This document shows, piece by piece, positions 15,798 through 24,000 of a DNA stretch of 24,000 nt. The notes beneath the pieces were generated by a model, which had not been told where the DNA came from, made no database searches, and saw only the letters and a list, made by a program, of their open reading frames with translations. The stretch covers positions 25,917-49,916 of the forward strand of contig JAAUOM010000019.1 of NCBI GenBank assembly GCA_012034865.1. The letters run 5' to 3'. Each line of letters starts with the position of its first letter. Positions within the stretch are counted from its first letter, which is position 1. The stretch comes from Acaryochloris sp. CRU_2_0. Its GTDB lineage: Bacteria; Cyanobacteriota; Cyanobacteriia; Thermosynechococcales; Thermosynechococcaceae. The translations under genes and the position numbers were made by a program.

Positions 15798-17561
15798 ATG
15801 GGTTTTCTGCGTCGCTGTTTGGCTTGGGGGTTGGTGATTGGGATTGCGATCGCCCTATCTGGATGCGATTTCTCTCAATTCAAAACCAAAACCGCTCAAG
15901 TCCCGCAGTACGTTGACAGCATTCTCAGTGAACCCAAAACCTTTAACTACTCGCAAAGTAAAGAATCCCCCAACGTTTTCAGTTTGATTTATGAAGGGTT
16001 AACCACTGAAAATGGTCTTACTGGTGAGATTGAACCCGCCCTGGCAGAATCCTGGGAGATATCACCGGACAACTTAAAGATCATCTTTACCCTGCGCCCC
16101 AACTTGAAATGGTCGGACGAACAACCCCTAACCGTCGATGATGTCGTCTTTACCTACCAAGAGATCTACCTCAACGACGCCATTCCCACGGATATTCGTG
16201 ATGTCCTCAGAGTTGGTAAAAGTTCGGCCTTGCCCAAAGTCAGCAAAGTAGATGAACGTCGGGTAGAATTTTCCATCCCGGAGCCCTTTGCCCCCTTCTT
16301 GCGCACAGCGGGGGGATTAAATATCATGCCCGCCCATGCTCTGCGGCAGTTCGTGAAAACCCTAGATGCCAAGGGAAAGTCCCAATTCCTTTCTACCTGG
16401 GGCGTGAATACAGACCCCAGTAAAATTATTGTCAATGGCCCCTACCAATTAGACCGTTACGACACCAATCAGCGGGTGGTGTTTCGCCGCAATCCCTACT
16501 ATTGGCGCTATTCAATTCCCGGTCAAGCCAAGGGCAACATCGAACGCATTATTTGGAAAATTGTCGAATCCCCAGATACGGCTCTGCTACAATTCCGTTC
16601 CGGTGGCTTAGACTCTGTCAGTGTCCGCGCTAGTACTTTTTCCTTGCTCAAACGAGAAGAACAGTCCAAAAACTTCACCATTTATGAAGGCGGACCCGAT
16701 TTTGGCACCACCTTTGTCTTCTTTAATCTCAATCGCGGTCGTCGCAACAATAAGTCTCTGGTCAACCCCATCAAATCGCGGTGGTTTAACAATGTCAAAT
16801 TCCGACAGGCCATTGCTTACGCCATTGATCGCCAGCGAATTCTTAACAACAACTACCAAGGCTTAGGACTCCTGCAAAACTCTCCCATCTCGGTACAAAG
16901 CCCCTATTATCTCTCGCCAGAAGCAGGGCTAAAAGTTTATAATCACGACCCGCAAAAGGCCAAACAACTGCTGAAAGCAGCAGGGTTTACCTACAACAAC
17001 AAGAGCCAACTATTGGATGCAGACGGCAATCGGGTTCGATTTACTCTGATGGGACCCACAGGACCAACGGCGAGTACATTAGGAGCCCAAATCAAGCAAG
17101 ATTTAGTCAAGATTGGCATAAAGGTAGACTATACCCCCATTGATTTCAACACATTAGGGAATAAGCTAGATAATTCTTTGGATTGGGATTGTGCCTTAAT
17201 GGGCATCACGGGGAGTATAGAACCCAACTCTGGGGCTAATGTTTGGTCTGTTGAGGGGGGACTGCATATGTTTAATCAGAAGCCTGTCCCGCCGAATGAA
17301 CCGATTCAAGGCTTTATTGTCAGTGATTGGGAAAAAGAGATTGCCGATCTCTACATTGCTGGTGCCCAAGAACTGGATGAGACTCAACGCAAAGCCATTT
17401 ATGCCAAAACTCAACAGATTACTCAAGAGTATTTGCCGTTCATTTACCTGATCAATCCCCTCTCTCTAGCGGCTGTCCGCAATGATTTTGAGGGAATTCA
17501 ATATACCGCCTTGGGGGGCGTGACCTGGAATATTCACGACCTGCGGGAAGTCAGGGATTAA
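15798..17561 (+). CDS. ABC transporter substrate-binding lipoprotein, family 5 (peptide/nickel/opine type)
   Basis: 587 aa with signal peptide and lipobox ALSGC. Family-5 SBP architecture throughout. Confidence 0.88.
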   Translation: MGFLRRCLAWGLVIGIAIALSGCDFSQFKTKTAQVPQYVDSILSEPKTFNYSQSKESPNVFSLIYEGLTTENGLTGEIEPALAESWEISPDNLKIIFTLRPNLKWSDEQPLTVDDVVFTYQEIYLNDAIPTDIRDVLRVGKSSALPKVSKVDERRVEFSIPEPFAPFLRTAGGLNIMPAHALRQFVKTLDAKGKSQFLSTWGVNTDPSKIIVNGPYQLDRYDTNQRVVFRRNPYYWRYSIPGQAKGNIERIIWKIVESPDTALLQFRSGGLDSVSVRASTFSLLKREEQSKNFTIYEGGPDFGTTFVFFNLNRGRRNNKSLVNPIKSRWFNNVKFRQAIAYAIDRQRILNNNYQGLGLLQNSPISVQSPYYLSPEAGLKVYNHDPQKAKQLLKAAGFTYNNKSQLLDADGNRVRFTLMGPTGPTASTLGAQIKQDLVKIGIKVDYTPIDFNTLGNKLDNSLDWDCALMGITGSIEPNSGANVWSVEGGLHMFNQKPVPPNEPIQGFIVSDWEKEIADLYIAGAQELDETQRKAIYAKTQQITQEYLPFIYLINPLSLAAVRNDFEGIQYTALGGVTWNIHDLREVRD

Positions 17562-17718
17562 CGGTTTTCCACTCTCAGACCCGATCAAGGGATCAAAATA
17601 GCACTGTCTATGAAGACGCCCAGATTTGCTCAAACCATAACTTCCCGTTAATCTTGTTCTCAACGGTTTACTAATTGCCCCTGACCGTATTTTTCATTGA
17701 TGTAGTGCTGAGGGATCT

Positions 17719-19531
17719 ATGACTGTACAGAAAATCTCCATCTGGCAAAAACACCTCAACTGGTTTTGTCTGCTTTACTCATCACAACGGTGGCAGTGCC
17801 GCTAGGGTGTCGCCCCCGTGAGGGAGTGGGGAATACTGATGTCAAAGTGTTGAACTATTTTCGTACTTCTACCTATAAGACCCTAGATCCTCCCAAACAG
17901 TTTGATGTGGCCTCAGCCGAGATTGTTGAGAATATTTATGATTCACTCTTGGAGTACCACTACCTCAAGCGCCCTTATGAACTGACGCCCAATCTACTGG
18001 AAGCAATGCCGACCTTGGGTAATGACAAACTCACCTATACCTTTAAGTTGCGTAAAGGCATCCGGTTTCATGATGACCCTTGCTTTGCGGGGGGTAAAGG
18101 TCGAGAACTCACGGCAGATGATGTGCTTTATACCATCAAACGGTTCTCTGATGTGAATGTCAATCCCCAAAGCTATCCAGCGCTTTTGCAGAATCGGATT
18201 AAAGGACTCGATGCCTTCCGAGAAAAAAGCCGTCAACAAAAAATCTAGATTACACCAAAGAATCAGTGGAGGGTCTCAAAAAGATTGATTCCCACACCTT
18301 TGAAATTGTGATGACAGAACCAGATCCATTGCTATTAATGTCTTTTGCCACCACGCCACTATCCATCATGCCTCCAGAAGCCGTCAAAAAGTACGGCAAA
18401 GAGCTAGATCATCGTGGGGTAGGGACTGGTCCCTATATTCTGGCTCAAAATCCACGCCGTGGCGAAATGGTTCTCAAGAAAAATCCCAATTATCACGGCA
18501 AATACCCTACAGAAGGAGAGCCAGAGGATCAAAGTAAGGGACTACTGGCTAAATCGGGTGAGCAATTACCGTTTATTGATGAAATTCGCCTGCCCCTAAT
18601 TGAAGAAGCTCAACCCCGTATGCTCAAGTTTCGCAATGGGGAGGTTGATTGGATTGGCATTGATCGCGATAATTTTCCCAATATGGCTTACAAGGATGAG
18701 AAGGGGTTTCATCTCAAAGGAGAGTTTGCCAAACAATTTGAAATTTACTCCGTGGACGCGTTGTCATCTTTCTATATCACCATTAATTTCAAAGATACAC
18801 GGTTAGGCCAAAACAAAGCCCTCCGGCAGGCTCTTGCCTATGCGGTTGATACTCAAGCTTTTATCGACAAAATGACAAATGGTCGAGGACATGCCCTCAA
18901 TACCATTGTGCCTTTACCCATTACCGGGAGTGAAAGGTCTATTTCGGCTCAATGGTATCCCCACAACCTGCAAAAAGCTAAAGAAAAATTACAGGAGGCA
19001 GGATATCCTGGTGGCAAAGGGTTACCTCCCCTTGTTCTGCTACATGGTGCAACAACGACCCAAACCCGTCAAGCCCATGAGTTTCTGCGTGCCCAGCTCA
19101 CCAAAGTTGGTATTGATTTAAAAGGGGAGTTTCTCAGCTTCTCCGACTATCTGAGACGCAAACAGGAAGGGAACTTCCAACTGGCGAATGGAGGATGGGG
19201 CGGCGATTATCCAGATGCTGAAAACTTTTACCAACTGTTTTACAGTCCCAATAAAGCACCAGGTCCCAATGATGGGTCTTACCAAAATCCTGAATATGAT
19301 CGGCTGTATGAGCAAATGCGACGGATGCCGCCTGGGCCAGAACGGAACAAGGTGATTGAGAAGATGGCAGCCATCTTTAAGGAAGATGCGCCCGTGTTTT
19401 TCCTAACGACGCCCATCACTGTAGGTATGCATCAGAAATGGCTAAAGAATATGAAGCGCAATATGATGCTGGGATCTCACTTTAAGTTCCTAGATATTGA
19501 TGCTCAAGCCAAGGCCAGAGGACTGAAATAA
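17719..19531 (+). pseudogene. Second family-5 ABC substrate-binding lipoprotein, two frame disruptions as sequenced
   Basis: The body is split between ORFs 17766-18248 and 18266-19531. These join as ...SRQQKNLDYTKESVEGLKKID if one A is added to the A-run at ~18238-18243. The signal peptide starts at ATG 17719 (MTVQKISIWQK) and needs one extra A at ~17747-17751 to reach the ...LSALLITTVAVPLGC lipobox. Confidence 0.8.
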
Positions 19532-20462
19532 TGGTTGGGTATATTGTTCGCCGTTTACTATATATTCTTCCTACGATTTTGGGGGTGGCGGTTTTAGTCT
19601 TTTTCTTGTTTACGGTGGCGGGGGAGGATCCGGTACGGGTGGCCTTGGGGCAACATGCTACCCCGCAGCGATCGCAGATCTAGAAGCACTCTGGGGATTG
19701 GACAAACCGCTGTGGCAACAATTCCTCGACTTTGTGGGGCAAATTGTCAGCTTTAACTATGGAGACTCCTATTTTACAGGAGAGAAACTGAGCGAAGCTT
19801 TTGCGAGTGGAGCGCTGGTGTCGCTGAGTTTGACCCTGCCGCCCTTTGTCTTGGGGTTGGGATTGAATGTTGCGATCGCCCTGATGATTGCCTATTACCG
19901 AGAAACCTGGATTGATCGCTCGGCCACAGCCACAGCGGTGATTTCCATGAGTGTTTCCTACCTGGTTTACATCATTGCTATGCAATATTTCCTCGCCTAT
20001 GAATTGGAATGGTTTCCGATCAATGGCTATGCCCCAGGCTGGGACGCTATTCCTTACCTGGCCTTACCTTGGATCATTATTATTTTGGTCTCAATGGGGC
20101 CGGATGTGCGCATCTATCGCACCATCTTTCTCAATGAAATGCAGGCGAATTACGTGCGGACGGCCCGCGCTAAAGGGGTGAGTGAACGCAGTGTTTTGTT
20201 TATTCATATCCTCAAAAATGCCATGATTCCAATTCTGACCTTCACGATTGTGGCCATCCCCTTTTTAATTTTGGGATCTTTCTTGATGGAGCGATTTTTC
20301 AGTATTCCCGGTCTAGGGGATTTGCTGATTACAGCCATTAATAATGGTGATTTTCCTGTGCTCAAGGGGATGACCATGTATATCACCATTACCTATGCCG
20401 TATTCAATTTACTAACCGATGTGTTAATCGCCGCCGTCGATCCGCGCGTCAAGTTACATTGA
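19531..20462 (+). pseudogene. ABC transporter permease (DppB/OppB-like), frame-disrupted near the 5' end as sequenced
   Basis: ATG 19531 overlaps the upstream stop (TAATG) and gives MVGYIVRRLLYILPTILGVAVLVFFLFTVAGEDPVRVALGQHATP before stopping at 19681. The remainder (track ORF 19698-20462) is one frame back. It contains YVRTARAKGVSERSVLFIHILKNAMIPILT. Confidence 0.8.
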
Positions 20463-20469
20463 GGAGCCT

Positions 20470-21393
20470 ATGCCACGCATTCAAATCAATAGTCTATATG
20501 CAGAAGCTGCCCAGCAGCTCGGCAGAAGCAAGTTAGTCCTAGCCTGTTGTGGCATTATTGCCCTTTATACCCTGGTGGCTTTATTGGGTATCTTTAATCT
20601 GCTCCCGGATTATCAAACACGGGTCAGCAGTGGGTATGAAGCACCAGCTTGGGAATTCGCCAAGCTTCTGGGTACTGACATTTTTGGCCGCTCTGTTCTC
20701 TATAAAATTCTGGCAGGCACCGAAACGGCGATGCTTATTGGCGTGCTAGTCACGAGCATTTCAGTGCCGATTGGTGTGATTCTAGGGGCTTTAGCGGGTT
20801 ACTACGGGGGGATTGTCGATGTGGGGGTAGTGTGGCTGTATACCGTGATCAGCTCTGTTCCCTATATTTTGATGGTGATTGCCATTTCCTATGTGATTGG
20901 TAAAGGGCTGGTTGCCATCTGTCTAGCCATGGGTTTGTTGGGCTGGGTGGGTTTGTGCCGTCTGATCCGCAGTGAAGTCCTCAAAGCCCGTAGCTTAGAA
21001 TATGTGGCCGCTGCTCAAGTGATTGGGGCCAATGATACCCAGATTATTTTCAGCCATATCCTACCCAATGTTGTGCATTTGGCGATTATTAGTGCTTCGC
21101 TGGATATTTTAGGGGCGATCAAGTCGGAAGTGATTCTGACCTATTTGGGGGTAGGCATCCAAGACGGAGCCAGTTGGGGTTCCATGATTACCGATGCCAC
21201 AGGAGAACTAGTCCAAGGTTACTGGTGGCCCTTAGCCAGCGTGGTTCTAGCGATGTTTTTAATCATCTATGCCTTGAACGTGGTGAGCGATGCCTTACGA
21301 GATGCCCTAGATCCGAAACTGCGCGGCTCAACGGAGGTCAGCCCAGGCGAGTCTCAGTTCGAGGTGAAGGAAGCGGCTGTGCAGAAAGCGTAA
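20470..21393 (+). CDS. ABC transporter permease (DppC/OppC-like)
   Basis: 307 aa and multi-TM, with EYVAAAQVIGANDTQIIFSHILPNVVHLAI. SD GAGGAG precedes the ATG. Confidence 0.9.
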   Translation: MPRIQINSLYAEAAQQLGRSKLVLACCGIIALYTLVALLGIFNLLPDYQTRVSSGYEAPAWEFAKLLGTDIFGRSVLYKILAGTETAMLIGVLVTSISVPIGVILGALAGYYGGIVDVGVVWLYTVISSVPYILMVIAISYVIGKGLVAICLAMGLLGWVGLCRLIRSEVLKARSLEYVAAAQVIGANDTQIIFSHILPNVVHLAIISASLDILGAIKSEVILTYLGVGIQDGASWGSMITDATGELVQGYWWPLASVVLAMFLIIYALNVVSDALRDALDPKLRGSTEVSPGESQFEVKEAAVQKA

Positions 21394-21606
21394 GGTGCGA
21401 TCGCATACCATAGAAAAGAAAACCTTGGTTTTTGTTTGGTATGGCGGTGGAGATCGAGTTTCAGCCCTATTTGCGATCGCTCAGTGAACACTATGCCCGA
21501 TGGTGGGGCGTTGCATAATAAGAGGATGAATTGAGGATGAAGTTGCCAATGAACATCTTCAGTTAGAGAATTCAAGAGCGATTGAACGTCGCCCGCTTTT
21601 GAGAAA

Positions 21607-22350
21607 TTAATTAATAATTTCTCCTTTGTTATTAGCCAATTTTTTACGCCATTTTTGGAGTTCCTCAGGTGTTTGTCTCACCCAATCTGTTACTTCGCCA
21701 ACGATTTTTAATGGTGCTTGGGAGCGATATGAGCGTGTCGGATTGCCCGGAAATTTTTTGTCTGTAACATTCGGGTCATTTTCAAAACCACCTGTCGGTT
21801 CAACGATATAAACACGTTCACGTCCATCACCTTTTGCTAATGCAGCAGCTAGTCCCGCCCCATTAACAAGGGCTGTGAAATAAATGTGCTTCATTTTGAG
21901 TTCAGGTTTGTAATTAGAACTTCCCCCTGCTGTCAGCAAATCGCCAACCTGCAAATCTGCTTTCGTCCCATGATAAAAAGAACCTTTGTCAGAAGGTTTA
22001 TCCTTAAACGAAGTTGCCAATTCATAATTCTCTTTTGCCTTGTCAGGATCGCTTAAGTCCTCATAGCATTTGGCAATGTTTGAATATAGAGAAGGGAAAG
22101 CACTCTTAACAGTGTCGTTATTTATTTTTAATGCAAACTGCAAAGCCATTTCGAGCCATTTTAATTTGTCGGAAACATTTTTTTGATGTCGGACTACATA
22201 ATGAGCTGAAATAAATTTTTCAAAGTCGTTTGTCGCTTCTTTCCAGGCTTGAAGAAACAGTTTACTTGCTTCTTCAGGTTTGCCTTTTTCTTCCATGCCC
22301 ATACCTTGAAGACAGAGTTTAACAACCTTGTTGTTTGGGTTGAATTCCAT
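21607..22350 (-). CDS. Arr-family NAD+ ADP-ribosyltransferase (rifampin ADP-ribosyltransferase domain) fused to an N-terminal ~120-aa TPR-like helical domain
   Basis: Residues ~123-247 match Arr block by block: FYHGTKADLQVGDLLTAG, KHIYFTAL, RVYIVEPTGGFENDPNVTDKKFPGNPTRSYRSQAPLKIVGEVTDW. Residues 1-120 are helical-repeat-like. The gene is visibly AT-rich and contains no HIP1 site. Confidence 0.8.
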   Translation of the reverse strand: MEFNPNNKVVKLCLQGMGMEEKGKPEEASKLFLQAWKEATNDFEKFISAHYVVRHQKNVSDKLKWLEMALQFALKINNDTVKSAFPSLYSNIAKCYEDLSDPDKAKENYELATSFKDKPSDKGSFYHGTKADLQVGDLLTAGGSSNYKPELKMKHIYFTALVNGAGLAAALAKGDGRERVYIVEPTGGFENDPNVTDKKFPGNPTRSYRSQAPLKIVGEVTDWVRQTPEELQKWRKKLANNKGEIIN

Positions 22351-22663
22351 AATTATTTTGTCTCTTAATTATCCTAATATTACTTTGGCAACCATTGAGA
22401 ATGCAGAAGTCAATACTCACATTCCCTTTCCTTGACGGGACAGATTTTCAACCTATTTTTCTTCTATTGCTGGAGTAATATCAATTTAGTTGCTCGCCCT
22501 TATGCCGTCAAAGTCCATAGCAACTACCGCTAACGGTCACGCTCACCCGCCGCGAGAAATCTTTGAATCTCAACCGACCATATTTCAGCGTTCCGTTGCA
22601 GCGCAGTTGCTATGCAGCAGCGAATTTAGAGTGCTCCATTTTTATTTTTCCAATGAGTAGGGT

Positions 22664-22855
22664 TTAGTCGATCAACAAAACAGTTGTCGTCACCAAACCA
22701 GCAGCGATCAATTGCTCGCGCCAGTCGGGATTGCGGGTAAGTTCTGTCTCCCATCCCCAATCATTGTTCGGATCTGATTCAACGATATGAGGTTGCTCAT
22801 CCCAGTGTCGGAGTAGGTCTAAATCGGCAGGAGTGGCAGGGCGAAGCTTAAGCAT
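22664..22855 (-). pseudogene. GNAT family N-acetyltransferase, N-terminal fragment
   Basis: MLKLRPATPADLDLLRHWDEQPHIVESDPNNDWGWETELTRNPDWREQLIA matches the N-terminus of a GNAT subfamily. It then diverges and stops at 63 aa. A possible degenerate C-terminal trace (YGRLRFKDFSRR, compare Y-RLGF----RR) lies at ~22510-22620. Confidence 0.6.
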
Positions 22856-22895
22856 GTCATCGATATCTTAAATCCTGTGACAGTTTGAAGCATTT

Positions 22896-23351
22896 TTAGG
22901 TTTGGGTTTCTGGGATGCTCATCCAAAATAGCCAGACGGATATTGCCAAACCGATCGCACCACTGATGAGCAATTCCCGGAGCGTTAAAAGACGATGAAT
23001 ATAACCCAGTGCATAGACTAAAATGCTGAAGGGGAATAACAGTAGCAATCCTGTCCAACTTCCAGGTCGAAGTTTTTGCATTTTCCAGCTCAATCCTAGA
23101 TGATCCAACAAGGGGTGAGTCAGGCCGATCGCGGGTAAAACGCCACCAACAATGGGCAATTGCCAACCTGAAATCGCAACCCCAATCGAGAACATAAAAA
23201 CAGGTAGATTCTCTAGGAAAAGTGCGCGATTGAAAACAACCGATCACCAGTTGGGTTTGAGTCTTTCGTATTCAGGTAGCCAAACTTCGGCGATCGTATG
23301 GATGATTAAGGCGATCGCCAATAACCACATTGAAAGGTCTTGAAATTTCAT
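22896..23351 (-). pseudogene. Small multi-TM membrane protein interrupted by an in-frame TGA
   Basis: ATG 23351 gives MKFQDLSMWLLAIALIIHTIAEVWLPEYERLKPNW, then TGA (23244-23246). The same frame continues through track ORF 22896-23195 (MFSIGVAISGWQLP...). Total length is 152 codons in one frame. Confidence 0.5.
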
Positions 23352-23461
23352 GATCGCCTCCCAGGCAAACTGACAAACAGGTCTATTTTGAAGGGATTGG
23401 GTTTCACTCCAAATCTACAACTTCTTGAAGTATTTGGCATAACACTGTCAGAACCAGTTAA

Positions 23462-23845
23462 TCAGGGGAAATGACATACTGCCTCAATGTTATGTCCATC
23501 TGGATCTAAAACGTAAGCACCGTAATAATTAGGATGAAAGTGAGGCCACAGCCCAGGAGTGCCATTGTCTTTGCCCCCTGCGTCTAATGCTGCCGTGTAG
23601 AATGCCTGAACTATTTCACGGGTCTCAGCACGGAAAGCAATATGAATTCTAGGAGCATTAACCTCTCCCTGACTAATCCAGAAATCGGGTACTCCTTGTG
23701 TTCCAAAACCCGCGAGAGAGATGAAACCAGCACCAGAAGTATCAAGTTCTTTTATCAACTGATAACCAAGCGGATTTAAGGTTTTGGCGTAAAATTCTTT
23801 GCTTTTCTTAAAATTACTAACGTTAATACCAGTATGGTCAATCAT
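23462..23845 (-). CDS. VOC (glyoxalase/bleomycin-resistance/dioxygenase) family protein
   Basis: 127 aa with MIDHTGINVSNFKKSKEFY..., HIAFRA and DPDGHNIEAV, typical VOC fold motifs. Confidence 0.85.
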   Translation of the reverse strand: MIDHTGINVSNFKKSKEFYAKTLNPLGYQLIKELDTSGAGFISLAGFGTQGVPDFWISQGEVNAPRIHIAFRAETREIVQAFYTAALDAGGKDNGTPGLWPHFHPNYYGAYVLDPDGHNIEAVCHFP

Positions 23846-23931
23846 AAATTTCCTTTACTATTTAGGTCTTATTTTACTACCAAGAGCGTCAAATAGTTAA
23901 CATAGTAATGTAGGAATTTCAACAAGATGCG

Positions 23932-24000
23932 ATGAAACTAAAGGATGCTCGCCACCTATCTGCCGATGCCCAAGAAGCCTTACGTTATCGAGTCGTCAAT
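23932..24000 (+). CDS. Start of an IS630-type helix-turn-helix/transposase ORF (partial, runs off the window)
   Basis: MKLKDARHLSADAQEALRYRVVN resembles the conserved N-terminus of IS630-family HTH ORFs. Only 23 codons are visible. Confidence 0.45.
   Translation, partial: MKLKDARHLSADAQEALRYRVVN

Noticed and set aside
14613-19700. Programmed -1/+1 ribosomal frameshifting as the explanation for the split peroxidase, SBP2 and permease genes
   Set aside because: The four sites lie in unrelated genes, share no slippery heptamer and have no evident downstream stimulatory structure. Mutation or sequencing error is more parsimonious.
22490-22620. Inverted repeat CATAGCAAC / GTTGCTATG ~80 nt apart, considered as a retron msr/msd-like or other structured ncRNA
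   Set aside because: No reverse transcriptase or other partner gene is nearby. The stretch is better explained as the decayed 3' end of the GNAT pseudogene.
22819-23247. 142-aa ORF on the minus strand
   Set aside because: It overlaps the hydrophobic membrane-protein frame out of frame and starts at a GTG that straddles that gene's TGA. It has no recognisable features.
1-24000. Search for CRISPR arrays, tRNA, rRNA and tmRNA
   Set aside because: No regularly spaced direct repeats, cloverleaf-compatible sequences or rRNA-like stretches were seen by eye. The only abundant repeat is the dispersed HIP1 octamer.

Overview
Cyanobacterial chromosomal segment; the HIP1 octamer GCGATCGC recurs throughout the core genes. 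Motif coordinates not anchored to the ORF track are good to about +/-2 nt.

Gene order:
- 1-2122 (-): 5' part of a type I PKS (KS-AT, HglE/PfaA-like), running off the window.
- ~2.2-3.3 kb: AT-rich, ORF-free spacer.
- 3338-3588: 5' remnant of an IS1-family element.
- ~3632-5035: tnpB-only IS200/IS605-type element with matching bulged end hairpins and a predicted omega RNA.
- 5296-10051 (+): aspS and a UPF0182 membrane protein.
- ~10.2 kb: RelE/HigB-type toxin remnant.
- 10350-13970 (-): co-directional block ftsH, pgr5, group-2 sigma factor and an HLIP gene. RpaB/HLR1-type repeats sit in the pgr5 and hli promoters.
- 14206-14376 (-): Uma2 endonuclease remnant.
- 14613-15721 (+): di-haem cytochrome c peroxidase.
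- 15798-21393 (+): peptide/nickel-type ABC importer with two substrate-binding proteins and two permeases, but no ATPase.
- 21.4-24 kb: decayed accessory patch. It holds an AT-rich Arr-family ADP-ribosyltransferase with an extra N-terminal helical domain, a truncated GNAT gene, a membrane protein with an in-frame TGA, a VOC/glyoxalase protein and the start of an IS630-type ORF.

Most notable observations:
1. The apparently intact solo TnpB, a candidate RNA-guided nuclease.
2. The Arr fusion.
3. The high-light gene cluster with twin promoter architecture.
4. Four independent one-nucleotide-missing frame breaks confined to the peroxidase and ABC block.

No rRNA, tRNA or CRISPR array was seen.
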